The notes under the pieces are model-generated. The model did no database searches and was not told where the DNA came from. It was given only the letters and a program-made list of their open reading frames with translations. From an uncultured Acidimicrobiaceae bacterium (lineage in GTDB: Bacteria > Actinomycetota > Acidimicrobiia > Spongiisociales > ZC4RG35): a DNA stretch of 64,000 bases. The position numbers were made by a program, and so were the translations under genes. Below, piece after piece: positions 28,611 through 38,287 of this stretch. The DNA lies in contig CAZLEQ010000006.1 in the NCBI GenBank assembly GCA_964558575.1, positions 12,923 through 76,922 of the forward strand, read 5' to 3'. Each line of letters opens with the position of its first letter. Positions within the stretch are counted from its first letter, which is position 1.

Positions 28611-29487
28611 CGTGGACTCCGAACGCCTCGAGAGCCATTAGTACTGCAACGAACAGCAGAACGACGGCGAGGATCCGGCGGAGGACGATCGGTGATACCT
28701 TCGCCGACGTGTGGGCCCCGCCGAGCGCGCCCACCACCACGCCCATAGTGAGGGGGGCGGCGACGAGCGGATGTACATAGCCACGCGCAAAGTAGATGAA
28801 GAGGCTCGCGATGGCGGTGACGCCGATCATGAAGTTGGAGGTCGCCGCGGCCACCTTGATCGGCACCCGCATGCCCAGAGTCATTGCGGGCACCTTCAAA
28901 AAGCCTCCTCCCACGCCGAGCATGCCCGACACGACCCCAGCGAGCGCCGAGAGCGAGGCGCCTGTGGCAAGGTGTTCAGCCTCGTAGCCGACCGTCTTCC
29001 GCCGGTGGTGGTCGAAGTAGGCACCCGCCAGCCGGCCCGGTATCTCGTAGCCCTCCACGACGTCGCCGGGCTCGGTCTGGGTTGCGTCCTCGTCCACGAT
29101 GACGCCGTGCACGTCGCTGCTGCGCAGCACCAGGGCAGCCGTGACAATCATCATCGCCGCGAAGAGCGCCGAGATGACCGAGGGCGCCACCAGCACGGCG
29201 ACGAGGCCACCAGTAATCCCACCAATCGTCGTCGCGACCTCCAGCGTCATGCCTAGCCGCATGTTCGCCAGACCTTTACCCACGTCGGCGCTGCCCGCCG
29301 CCGTGCTGGTCGCGACGACGGTGACCAGCGAGGTTGCCACTGCCACCCGGATGTCGTAGCCGAACCCAACGACGATCGCTGGGACAACGATGACGCCGCC
29401 GCCAATCCCGATGACCGCGCCGAGCCAGCCCGCAAAGAGACCTAACGCGACGAGAACGAAGGCGTCGAACATCGAAACGTCTAGCAT
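28600..29487 (-). CDS. TauE/SafE-family anion (sulfite/organosulfonate) exporter
   Basis: 295 aa polytopic membrane protein with repeated GIGGG/GVGGG motifs. Confidence 0.8.
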   Translation of the reverse strand: MLDVSMFDAFVLVALGLFAGWLGAVIGIGGGVIVVPAIVVGFGYDIRVAVATSLVTVVATSTAAGSADVGKGLANMRLGMTLEVATTIGGITGGLVAVLVAPSVISALFAAMMIVTAALVLRSSDVHGVIVDEDATQTEPGDVVEGYEIPGRLAGAYFDHHRRKTVGYEAEHLATGASLSALAGVVSGMLGVGGGFLKVPAMTLGMRVPIKVAAATSNFMIGVTAIASLFIYFARGYVHPLVAAPLTMGVVVGALGGAHTSAKVSPIVLRRILAVVLLFVAVLMALEAFGVHVGR

Positions 29488-29749
29488 TCCTCCTGAATAT
29501 ACGGATATTCGGACGTTCGTTCAAAACCTGTCGGAGGATGAGCGCTGCAGACAGCTGTGCGTGGCTCCGGCGGCTGTGCGAAAAGACTTCTGGTCTCCCG
29601 TCGCCACACAGAGCACAAACGCAGGCTCACCGACCGCGACGCGGGGCCATCGCCACGGGGCGATGGCCATCTTGCCCGTCTCGCCCTCGGTTGCTTACGC
29701 CAAGTAGCGTCTCGACCAGGACTGAGGGCGTCTACGACGTTCCGCGAAC

Positions 29750-30510
29750 GGAGGGCAACGCCACAATCACCATGGCAGTGTGGTGTTCTCGGCCATATAG
29801 CTGATCCGGTGCCCGAAGAATGGACGGTTGGTCGCGGGCCGGCTCCCAGGATCTTGGAGGTGACCGCCAAGGCGATTGGCACCCACCGTCCAGAGAGCCG
29901 TACCCCAATCGACCTATGCCGTCGCGTCCACTCGGAGGCCGCTGACTGCGAAGAAGTCCGGGGCGAAGAAGGCTCCGGTGAGACCCTCGAGCCGTTCCCG
30001 AACTTGAGGAAGTTGGTGCCGGATCCTGGAAAAAGTGAGCCCGACTAGATACGCGCCGAGAATCGCCTCTACGTGTAGTGCCTGAGTCACGACTCCGCCG
30101 AGCACGCCTGCCGCCATGGCTATCGAGAGGCCGGCTATGATGTTGAAGCCTCGGGAAAGCACCTGACGGAAGACTCCGTCTATCAGGAACCTGCCCACAG
30201 TGAACATGAAGAGGACGAAGAGGGCGAGCCCGCCAAAGGAGACAGCGATTCCGCTGAGCTGAACCCCTCCGACGGCCACCCCCGACAAGACTGCCAGGAT
30301 CAGCCACCCGATCGCGTCCTTCGCCATCGCCGCCGCCAGAGTGATATGGCCGAAGTTGCGACGCATCACACCGAGGTCGGAGAGGATCTTGCCGACCACG
30401 AGTAGCGCCGAGACGCTGAGCGCGAGCGCGAAGAAGGTGGCGAAGACCCAGGGGGATGGCTCGGCCGTCGCCACCGAGATTACGGCCGAGCTGGAAAAGG
30501 TCGGCGTCGC
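29750..30510 (-). pseudogene. fragment of a CPA2 cation:proton antiporter (middle part only, frameshifted); coordinates approximate
   Basis: ORF 29914..30570 aligns with the central region of the intact antiporter gene at 32221..34335 (FFALALSVSALLVVGKILSDLGVMRRNFG... versus FALFVATSLSISAIPVLAKVLIDLDLMRRDIG...). Homology continues in another frame below 29914 (VPIALAVTSKILGAG). No N-terminus and no USP domains on this strand. Confidence 0.65.
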
Positions 30511-30544
30511 CCTCGGGCGCGAAGCCAGGACCCACATCCGCCGG

Positions 30545-30710
30545 GCGCCAGAGCCCGAGGCCGGCATCATGGCGGCGGTGGTCGAGTTCGACGCCGATGT
30601 TGGTGCTGGGCACCAGTGTCCGCGCCGGAACCTCTCGCCTCCACCTCGGCCCCAGAGTCGAATACCTGGTCCGGAACGCCCCCTGCCCAGTTGTGGTGAT
30701 CAACACTTAG
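30545..30710 (+). pseudogene. C-terminal USP-domain remnant of an antiporter-USP gene
   Basis: ...LVLGTSVRAGTSRLHLGPRVEYLVRNAPCPVVVINT* parallels the C-terminus of 32221..34335 (LILGTEVRAGTIRLHLGPSVEQLVREARCPVVVVNT*). It lies on the opposite strand to the adjacent antiporter fragment. Confidence 0.7.
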
Positions 30711-30798
30711 ACGGTTGGTCGAGTCGCCGGGACTTCCATTGTCTCGGTGGCGAGCAGGCGCGGATGCGTCCATTCAATTTCTGATAGCGGGTGCGCCC

Positions 30799-31146
30799 TT
30801 AGAAGACGCCCGGGTCGGGGCGGCCAGCCGAGAGGCCGAACCTGATCGTGGCTGCTGCATCGTGGACTACTGTAGGATCCCACTCAGACTGTGACTTTCC
30901 TGGCCGAGCACGCTTCTCTGCAGAGCCGTCGCTCCTCCCACAATGCCCGTCGTAGAACTCCACAACGACGTCGTGCGAGTCGTCACGTGCGGTGATGACG
31001 ATGATCGGGATTTTGCTGGTTTGTCTGATGGCCCGGCACAGGTCGAGTCCATTGGCGCCGGGGAGCATGATGTCCACCAGCACCAGGTCAGGGTCGGTCG
31101 CGGCGAGTCTTTGCAACCCCGATTCGGCGTCCCGTTGGCGTCCAGA
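30799..31146 (-). pseudogene. response-regulator receiver domain fragment (lacks beta1-beta2; degenerate 3' part)
   Basis: Open frame from 31146: SGRQRDAESGLQRLAATDPDLVLVDIMLPGANGLDLCRAIRQTSKIPIIVITARDDSHDVV, then unrelated sequence. No output domain. Confidence 0.7.
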
Positions 31147-31647
31147 TCAGTCATCCAGGCTCAACGCTCGTTCCTCGGCCCCCTGGTGGGGCCACCACTC
31201 CCTGGTCAGGAGGTGGCTGAGTACCGCCGCCATCAACTCTTCCGGATTGCCGCTAACGCATTGCTCGACGTGAATGTCGACGGGGAGGATCTCCCCGACC
31301 GGTGTCCATCCCGCCGGTAGCTCGTCCCAAAACAGAAGAGCCCCCGGACAGGCCGCCGCCGAGATGATGATCTTGGGCTCCGGAACATCGGCATAGAGCT
31401 GGCGGAAGACTTGCTTCGTGCCATCGATCACTCGCTCGGAGACGATGAGGAAGTTCTCCTCGGCTCTGCCGAGATCGGCAGTTGTCGTACGTAGACGAGA
31501 GAAGTCGAACGATGCGGTGGCTGAAGGCTGCGTCCGACACCAGCATGGGCCGTACTGGAGACGCCAGATCCGGGTCCGGCTTCCGGGGCGCTCCCTTTGA
31601 TCCGGATCGGAGGCCGACACGCGCTCAACGGGATTGGCCGGATGCAT
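31147..31647 (-). CDS. orphan NuoB-like (complex I 20-kDa / hydrogenase small-subunit family) Fe-S protein, copy 2
   Basis: ORF 31147..31896. Start set to MHPANPVERV (ATG at 31645-31647). LIVSERVIDGTKQVFRQLYADVPEPKIIISAAACPG...ILPVDIHVEQCVSGNPEELMAAVL parallels NuoB ...AGT.T.KMAP...YDQMPEPK.VIS.G.CA...VPVD.Y.PGCPP.PE. Four Cys are retained (CWC, ACP, QC). Confidence 0.7.
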   Translation of the reverse strand: MHPANPVERVSASDPDQRERPGSRTRIWRLQYGPCWCRTQPSATASFDFSRLRTTTADLGRAEENFLIVSERVIDGTKQVFRQLYADVPEPKIIISAAACPGALLFWDELPAGWTPVGEILPVDIHVEQCVSGNPEELMAAVLSHLLTREWWPHQGAEERALSLDD

Positions 31648-31950
31648 GATCACGTCCCCGGAATGTGACTTGGATCGGTCAGGCCTCGGCCCGCACGACA
31701 AGCCGGCGCACCGGTCTGGGTGCCCGCAACGGGCTCCGGCCGAGGTGTCCACCAACGAGGTGATCGGCCCATGCCACGAGTATACGCCACCCATGTGACG
31801 AACTCGCATTGCCTGTATGACGATCATGTGACATTCATCCATGCGAGGCGGCGGCCGGTAACGTCGCGGTTGACAGATGGAAGCCGTTACATGCATTCGT
31901 CTGACTGGGTACCGGTCTAGGAAATACAGCGGGGCAGGATCAGGAGGGGC

Positions 31951-32067
31951 ATGGAAGACCTGACAGCCCGCCAGCGGGCTTTCGACAGGATCCTCATCGT
32001 CGAAGACGACGATGAGGTTCTCAGTGCGGTGCGTCTGGCTCTACGGGACGAGGGATTCGAAGTCGAC
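31951..32067 (+). pseudogene. response-regulator receiver N-terminal fragment (beta1-alpha1-beta2)
   Basis: GGAGGGG Shine-Dalgarno plus ATG 31951. MEDLTARQRAFDRILIVEDDDEVLSAVRLALRDEGFEVD, after which receiver homology stops. Confidence 0.65.
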
Positions 32068-32220
32068 GGGGGTACGTCCTTGCTCACACCCCAGGGAGAT
32101 CTGATAGGGGCCTTGAGCAGCGAATGGGGGAGCCCCGGCGTCATCCCGGCCCCGTGGGGCCGTGCTCTCGATGCGTCGTGACACCAGTAGCCCACTAGAG
32201 CACATGAAAGGAGGAACTCG

Positions 32221-34335
32221 ATGCTGGAAACGTTCGGTGCAGCTTCTCATGACGAAGTGCTGCAACTCGTAGTCCAGGTCAGCGCCCTACTGCTCACGGC
32301 CCGGGTACTGGGAGGGCTGGCCCAACGGTTGAACCAGCCTGCGGTGGTGGGTGAGATACTGGCGGGGGTGATCCTCGGCCCTTCTCTGCTCTCGGGGCTG
32401 GTGCCCTCGGTGGGGAACTGGATCCTCCCCCAGACCCAGGTGCAGGGTCACCTCCTCGAGGCGGTAGCACTGATCGGTGTCATGTTTCTCCTCGTGGTCA
32501 CTGGCCTGGAGACCGATCTCGACCTAATCCGCAGGAAGGCTCGGACTGCCCTGGGGGTCGCCGCGGGAGGCCTGTTGCTGCCTTTCGCCACGGGTCTCGC
32601 TCTTGGATATGCCTTGCCGGACGACCTGCTGGCGGATCCCACGCAGCGAACCGTATTCGCACTGTTCGTCGCGACTTCCCTTTCGATCTCAGCGATCCCG
32701 GTGTTGGCCAAGGTGCTCATCGACCTCGACCTCATGCGCCGGGACATAGGCCAGACCCTGCTGGCGTCGGGCATGATCGACGATATCACCGGATGGACCC
32801 TCTTAGGTCTGGTAACTGCTCTCGCGAGCGCCTCAGCGATCACAGCGGGAACGGTCCTGCAAACGGTCGGGATGGTGATCCTATTCCTGGTCGGCACTGC
32901 AACCGTTGGCGTGTGGCTGGTCAATCGCGGCCTCGCCCTGGTCCAAGATCATTTCCGGGGTCATGACCAGATACTCACCCTGGTCGTGGTCTTGGCCTTT
33001 GCCTGGGGTGCATTTTCCCAGGCGTTGCACCTCGAACCGGTTCTCGGTGCCTTCGCCGTGGGAATCCTCTTTGGGCGCTCGCCTCGGCTCCCGGCAGACG
33101 CCATCCGCAAGACAGAGAGCATCGCTCTGGCCGTGTTCGCGCCGATCTTCTTTGCGGTCGCCGGCCTGAAGGTCGATATTCCGGCGATTCTCGAACCCCG
33201 TTTGATGGTGATCACACTGGTCGTCATCGCGGTTGCCACGTTCGGAAAAGTAATGGGCGCTTATGCCGGAGCGAGGTGGCTCTCAGGCCAGGGTCACTGG
33301 TCGGCGTTGGCATTTGGCTCCGGGCTCAACGCACGGGGAGCCCTCGAGATAATCATTGCCACGATTGGCCTGTCGCTGGGGATCCTGAGCCAATCGATGT
33401 TCTCCATAATCGTCGTGATGGCTATCGCCACTTCCCTGATGGCTCCACTCGCATTGCGCTACACGGTGGCGCGGGTGCAACTCGACGACGAGGAGGAGCG
33501 GCGACTCAAGGTGGAGGCGGTGCTCGAGAGCTCGTTCCTGGGCGGGATCCGGCGGATCCTATTGCCTGTGCGCTCATTGCCACTTGTAGAAAGCGATACC
33601 CGGGCGATGCAGGTCGAAATCGTCAATCGTCTTGCCGGCGTCCAGGACATGGCGATCTCTCTGTTCGCGGTGGCAGAGTCCGACCAACGACAGCAGGCTG
33701 CGGCCTACCTGACGGAGCTCAAAGGGAAGTTCAAACAGTCGGTCGACGTCCGAGTGACGGTGTCCGACGACATCGCCGGCGCCATTCTCCAGGAGGCTGA
33801 AGGCGACTACGACCTCATGATCCTGGGCACGCCGTCAGTCGAATCCTCTCCGGAAAACCTGTTCGGGCCGTTGTTAGACGACTTGGTGAAGTTGTCTCCG
33901 TGCCCGACGCTCTTGGTTAGAGGGAGGCAAAGCGAAGTCCAATGGCAGCCGAAGAGGATCCTGGTGCCCACGGACGGCACTCAGGCGGCGAGGAGAGCGG
34001 CCGAACTGGCGTTCGCTATCGCGGCTGAGGACGGTCAGGTCGAAGGGCTCCATATCGTCACCGCCAACAGCCGTCGTGTGGATCGGAGTATGGAGAAAGA
34101 GGTAACCGCCGAGATTGAGGAGATGGGCGACGCATTGGGACGCATGCCGCGGACCGAGGTGCGCGACGGCGATTCAGCCGAGGAAGGGATCCTGGATTAC
34201 ATCGCAGAATTACCACCAGACCTCTTGATCCTGGGTACCGAGGTTAGGGCCGGGACCATCCGTCTCCACCTCGGGCCGAGTGTGGAGCAGTTGGTCCGGG
34301 AGGCTAGGTGCCCCGTTGTCGTGGTCAACACCTGA
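32221..34335 (+). CDS. CPA2-family cation:proton antiporter fused to two C-terminal USP domains
   Basis: 704 aa. About 400 aa Na+/H+-exchanger membrane domain (QPAVVGEILAGVILGPSLL...). Two USP-like domains follow (ILLPVRS..., ILVPTDGTQAARRAAE...). Confidence 0.88.
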   Translation: MLETFGAASHDEVLQLVVQVSALLLTARVLGGLAQRLNQPAVVGEILAGVILGPSLLSGLVPSVGNWILPQTQVQGHLLEAVALIGVMFLLVVTGLETDLDLIRRKARTALGVAAGGLLLPFATGLALGYALPDDLLADPTQRTVFALFVATSLSISAIPVLAKVLIDLDLMRRDIGQTLLASGMIDDITGWTLLGLVTALASASAITAGTVLQTVGMVILFLVGTATVGVWLVNRGLALVQDHFRGHDQILTLVVVLAFAWGAFSQALHLEPVLGAFAVGILFGRSPRLPADAIRKTESIALAVFAPIFFAVAGLKVDIPAILEPRLMVITLVVIAVATFGKVMGAYAGARWLSGQGHWSALAFGSGLNARGALEIIIATIGLSLGILSQSMFSIIVVMAIATSLMAPLALRYTVARVQLDDEEERRLKVEAVLESSFLGGIRRILLPVRSLPLVESDTRAMQVEIVNRLAGVQDMAISLFAVAESDQRQQAAAYLTELKGKFKQSVDVRVTVSDDIAGAILQEAEGDYDLMILGTPSVESSPENLFGPLLDDLVKLSPCPTLLVRGRQSEVQWQPKRILVPTDGTQAARRAAELAFAIAAEDGQVEGLHIVTANSRRVDRSMEKEVTAEIEEMGDALGRMPRTEVRDGDSAEEGILDYIAELPPDLLILGTEVRAGTIRLHLGPSVEQLVREARCPVVVVNT

Positions 34336-34529
34336 CCCTTCTGGCTCGGCCTCCACTTGCGAAACCGAGACTCCGACCTGGCCCGACGCCGCATCACGCA
34401 TGACTTTCCCCTCAGTCCGCACCAGCCTCTGACACGGGCAGCTTGGCAGGGGGGTCCCCACTCGGCGAGCCCCTCCTCATCGAAGGTGTCTACGACCATG
34501 CGGCGTTGCCTCCAAGAGCGAGAATCGCC

Positions 34530-36935
34530 TCAGGAGTCGATCACTTCACGTGTGGTCCTCCCTGTCAAGAACTTGGATGCCCCGGCGCGTACGATGAGAA
34601 GAGGGTGTGGCATCCACTCCAGCATCTGCTGGTGGCGGCGACGGGGTCGAAGGGATCGTCTCCTATCGCTGAGGCCGATGACCGTCAGTCCCGCTCGCTC
34701 GCCGTGGTGGGCGAGTGTGACCACGGCGTCCTGTGCGGCAACCGCGGTAACCGACGCGCCTGTGTCCAACTCGATCCGGTTCGCTTCCTTCTCCAGACGC
34801 TTGGCTCGGCGGTCCGTGCCGACCAGTGTCAGTTCTGCGCCGACCCGCTCGGCGAGGATCGTGGCCAGTTCCATTGAGGCGCGTTGGTTCCACCCCGGCC
34901 CGTGATGTGCGACGATCTCGCGGATGGCGTTGATATCGAGGGGACGCCCCGGTTCGGTGACCACGACCACCACGTCGGCGGGGGAGTCCTCGAGCACGAC
35001 GCCTACTGTGCCGCCTAGCAGCCGTTCTCCGAAGATCGCCCTGTGGTAGCCGATGACGATGATGTCTGCACCAACGTCCGACGCCACGTTGACGATGGTC
35101 TCCCCGATCGTCGAAGAAGCCCTAACTTCGGTATTCACCTCCAGCCCGTGCGCCCGAACTTGGTCTGCTAGCGGTTCGAGCCCCCTAGCAGTTCGTTCCA
35201 ACTCGGATTCCTGGAGTTCCGGACCCATCCGGTACGTGGATGACGGCAGCTCGACGATCCGCAACAGCACGATCTCGGCAGGCCGGCCATCCCTGCCGTC
35301 AGCGATCACGCACGCGGTCTCCACGAGATCCGACTCCGTAGCCGGGTTGGCGACGGCGACCAACACCGTGGCCGCTGTTCGAGGTGGCGGGCTCTCCTCG
35401 GCGAGCCCCTCAGACTCCTCTCCGGCCTCTTCGGCCATTCGCCGCTGCTCATCTCGCGGGTAGTGGAGTGCCAGCAGGGGCTCCGTCATGACCGTCGTCG
35501 CGACCGCCATTATCACCAGCATGGCGAAGAGGGTGGGTGGCAAGACCCCCAATTCGAGGCCGATGTTGAGGATGATGAGCTCGGTGAGGCCACGACAGTT
35601 CATCAACACACCGAGGGCCGACGACTCCCTCCAACCGAGTCCGACCATGCGCGCAGCCACAGCCGATCCGCCCCACTTGCCGAACACTGCCACGGCGAGG
35701 ATGAGAAGGGTGAGCCCCCACATCTCCAGCGATCCGATGCGGCCGATCTCGGTGCGCAGGCCGCTGAAGGTGAAGAAGATCGGCAGCAGGAGCAGAACCG
35801 AGAAGTCGTGCAGCTTTTCCACGATTTCGTTGATGAACGCTGGCCGATGAGGCATCACTGCCCCTGCGAGGAACGCTCCGAAGATCACGTGAATGCCGAT
35901 CACATCGGTTATCAGGGCACTTGCTAATACCGCAGTGAAGAGACCGGCGAGGACTCCGGCACTCAAGTGGCCACGCTCCTGATGGTAGTCGGCGAGTCGT
36001 CCCAGGAGCGGGCGGATGACGAGCAGCATGGTAAGGATGAACACGATCGAGAGGACGATCGTGAACGCGGCACCGCCCGGGCCGCTGGCCTGTGCCACGG
36101 TTACCACCACGGCCAGGATGCTCCACGCCGTGACGTCGTCGACGGCGGCGCAGGTCAGGGTGACCGCTCCCAGTTTCGTCTTGTAGAGGCCTCGCTCAGT
36201 GAGGATCCGCGCCAGCACCGGGAACGCCGTGACGCTCATGGCTGCACCCAGGAACAAGGCGAAGGGTGTGAAGGAGCCGTCGGAGGAACCGAGCAGGGGG
36301 AACAGAAGAAGTGCGAGCCCGATCCCCGACATGAACGGTGCGATGATGCTCGCGTGGCTCACCCACACCGCGGCGTGGCCCCGTCCGCGAAGTAGCCGCA
36401 CGTCCAGTTCCAGCCCGACGAGGAACATGAAGAAAATCAGCCCGACGTTGGCGAGCACGTCCAGGAAGGGCATGATCTCGAGTGGGAACAGGTACTCGCT
36501 CGCTTCCGGCCACACCGCCCCGAGAAGAGACGGGCCCAGCATGATGCCGGCCACGATCTCACCGATGACCGCGGGCTGTCTGAGTCGCCGGGCGACCATG
36601 CCCATCAAGCGGGCGGCGATCACGATCACGATGATCGCCAGCAGGAGGTTGGCGAGCACATGGCCGGCTGACTCGCCGACTGCTCCACCTTCCCCGCCGG
36701 CGACGACCTCCCTGCCCTCGCTCCCCCGTCCGAGCCTGAGGAGGAAGTTCATGCCTGCGATGATGAACACCACCATCCCGAGGTATAAGACCAGAATCCG
36801 ACTACGGCCGGTCGAGCCGAACGAACCACCGGGGCGTTGCGCTCCGTTGTCCTCTTTGGTCGACGGGCTCACGCTATGCCCCCATCGATCGGCGACAGCA
36901 CGGGGATCGGGTCGCGGTCGTACCTGGATAAGCAA
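34530..36935 (-). CDS. CPA2-family cation:proton antiporter fused to C-terminal USP domains (second paralog)
   Basis: 801-aa ORF with the same architecture (QPAVIGEIVAGIMLGPSLL...; USP-like VLVAVANPATESDL... and DIIVIGYHRA...). The true start is probably downstream of the ORF start. Confidence 0.85.
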   Translation of the reverse strand: MLIQVRPRPDPRAVADRWGHSVSPSTKEDNGAQRPGGSFGSTGRSRILVLYLGMVVFIIAGMNFLLRLGRGSEGREVVAGGEGGAVGESAGHVLANLLLAIIVIVIAARLMGMVARRLRQPAVIGEIVAGIMLGPSLLGAVWPEASEYLFPLEIMPFLDVLANVGLIFFMFLVGLELDVRLLRGRGHAAVWVSHASIIAPFMSGIGLALLLFPLLGSSDGSFTPFALFLGAAMSVTAFPVLARILTERGLYKTKLGAVTLTCAAVDDVTAWSILAVVVTVAQASGPGGAAFTIVLSIVFILTMLLVIRPLLGRLADYHQERGHLSAGVLAGLFTAVLASALITDVIGIHVIFGAFLAGAVMPHRPAFINEIVEKLHDFSVLLLLPIFFTFSGLRTEIGRIGSLEMWGLTLLILAVAVFGKWGGSAVAARMVGLGWRESSALGVLMNCRGLTELIILNIGLELGVLPPTLFAMLVIMAVATTVMTEPLLALHYPRDEQRRMAEEAGEESEGLAEESPPPRTAATVLVAVANPATESDLVETACVIADGRDGRPAEIVLLRIVELPSSTYRMGPELQESELERTARGLEPLADQVRAHGLEVNTEVRASSTIGETIVNVASDVGADIIVIGYHRAIFGERLLGGTVGVVLEDSPADVVVVVTEPGRPLDINAIREIVAHHGPGWNQRASMELATILAERVGAELTLVGTDRRAKRLEKEANRIELDTGASVTAVAAQDAVVTLAHHGERAGLTVIGLSDRRRSLRPRRRHQQMLEWMPHPLLIVRAGASKFLTGRTTREVIDS

Positions 36936-37373
36936 CCACCGCCCCGTAGGGGCGTTGAACAGCTGTACATCGCTGTCATCCTTTCCTGAGCGCCTGCGGG
37001 GTTAGCTGACGGGCTCGGGCTGGAAAGTTGCCCTACCCGGCTTATGCCGGGATTCGCCCCAGTCGGGTGGTCACCCAGTGGGTCCCCCGTCTCGACCAAC
37101 ACGATCGAGTTCGGCGTTTGTGGTTCGGGAGCCTAGGAAGGCGAACGGTCCTCGGCAAGTATCAATGGATCTAGATCTCATGCGGTGGCAGGTCGAGCAA
37201 ACCTTCACACAACAGGGGATGGTCTACATCCCGCTTATGTCCTCGGAGCAGGGTCCGACATGAGCCTCTTCCTTGGTTCGTTCTTCGAACTGCTCCTTGT
37301 CGTCGCCGTCATCGGGACAGCCGTCGTCTTGTTGAGTAGCGATACTCGTTGCGCACGTTCAGCAAGGTGTCAC

Positions 37374-37604
37374 TTAGCTGAGGTCGGTTCCAGGTTGGTA
37401 CCGGTTGGCGACAAGCCAATCGAAGATCTCGTGGCGGAGGAAGGTGAACTTGCGGCCACCAGGCTTGCGGTGTGCGGGGATGATCCCTTCTCGAACCCAG
37501 GCTCGAATGATCTGTTCGTTGGTGTGCAGGAGCTCGGCAAGGTCTTTGGTGTCCATCACGGGTGGCACCTCGGGATACCAGTCCTCGTACTCGATCTCAT
37601 GCAC
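37374..37604 (-). CDS. excisionase-family (HTH_17/MerR-like) DNA-binding protein
   Basis: 76 aa. VMDTKDLAELLHTNEQIIRAWVREGIIPAHRKPGGRKFTFLRHEIFDWL is the classic excisionase-type HTH. Confidence 0.8.
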   Translation of the reverse strand: MHEIEYEDWYPEVPPVMDTKDLAELLHTNEQIIRAWVREGIIPAHRKPGGRKFTFLRHEIFDWLVANRYQPGTDLS

Positions 37605-37607
37605 TTT

Positions 37608-37925
37608 CTATTCGTGGCCCGCCGACTTGGGCTCTTCTTCGGCTGGTGTTGTGTCGCCGGGTCGGAATCGCGTCATGGCGGCGAGGACTTCTTCTCTGAA
37701 GAACCGGAACTGCTGTCCCCACCTGACCGCGGGGAGGTCGCCTCGGTGGACCTTGTCTCGGACGTCGCCAATGGTGGAGTGCATCATCTCGGCGACGTGG
37801 GCGGTGGTGAGGATTGGGGGATAGTCGCGGCGGATTTCGTCGAGGAGTTCCTGTGGCAGGTCTGGCTTCGTCACTGCGTCGATGTTACGGAAGGCTAGGA
37901 CGGAACGGAACAACCTTGAACACAC
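37608..37925 (-). CDS. second excisionase-family HTH DNA-binding protein
   Basis: ILTTAHVAEMMHSTIGDVRDKVHRGDLPAVRWGQQFRFFREEVLAAM. The start may be the internal GTG at 37872-37874. Confidence 0.7.
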   Translation of the reverse strand: MCSRLFRSVLAFRNIDAVTKPDLPQELLDEIRRDYPPILTTAHVAEMMHSTIGDVRDKVHRGDLPAVRWGQQFRFFREEVLAAMTRFRPGDTTPAEEEPKSAGHE

Positions 37926-37981
37926 GTAGACGATGATGGGGTGACGTACCTCGGACGGAGGACTGATGCGATGATGGTTGG

Positions 37982-38287
37982 GTGGCTGGCGTTCCCCGTG
38001 GCAAGGTCTGGGAGTATCCGAAGTGGATCAGCGAGCATGCCTTCGACAAGCTGCGGCTGATCGACTGCACGTTCTCCGAGTTCGAGCTGGCGCTCGAGTC
38101 GGCTGAGGTGATCGAAGAGACCACCCTCGATCCGGACGTGTTGAAGGAACTGTTGTTGTTGGTCGACTGGAGACGCCCTCTTCATGTGGTGGTGGTCGTC
38201 GACGCCCGGAGTCGTGAGGAGCGGATAGTCACTGTCTATGAGCCCTATGGAGACAGGTGGTCGGCCGACTATCGTGAGAGACGTTGA
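37982..38287 (+). CDS. DUF4258-domain putative toxin
   Basis: 101 aa. ISEHAFDKLRLIDCTFSEFELALESAEVIEE...RIVTVYEP matches the DUF4258 pattern. Stop overlaps the next start (TGATG). Confidence 0.7.
   Translation: MAGVPRGKVWEYPKWISEHAFDKLRLIDCTFSEFELALESAEVIEETTLDPDVLKELLLLVDWRRPLHVVVVVDARSREERIVTVYEPYGDRWSADYRERR

Noticed and set aside
37185-37898. 237-aa plus-strand ORF whose N-terminus (MSLFLGSFFELLLVVAVIGTAVVLL) looks like a TM helix.
   Set aside because: From 37374 onward it is antisense to two well-supported excisionase-type HTH genes, and it has no stop simply because of GC content. Only the first 30 or so codons could be real, and there is no independent support.
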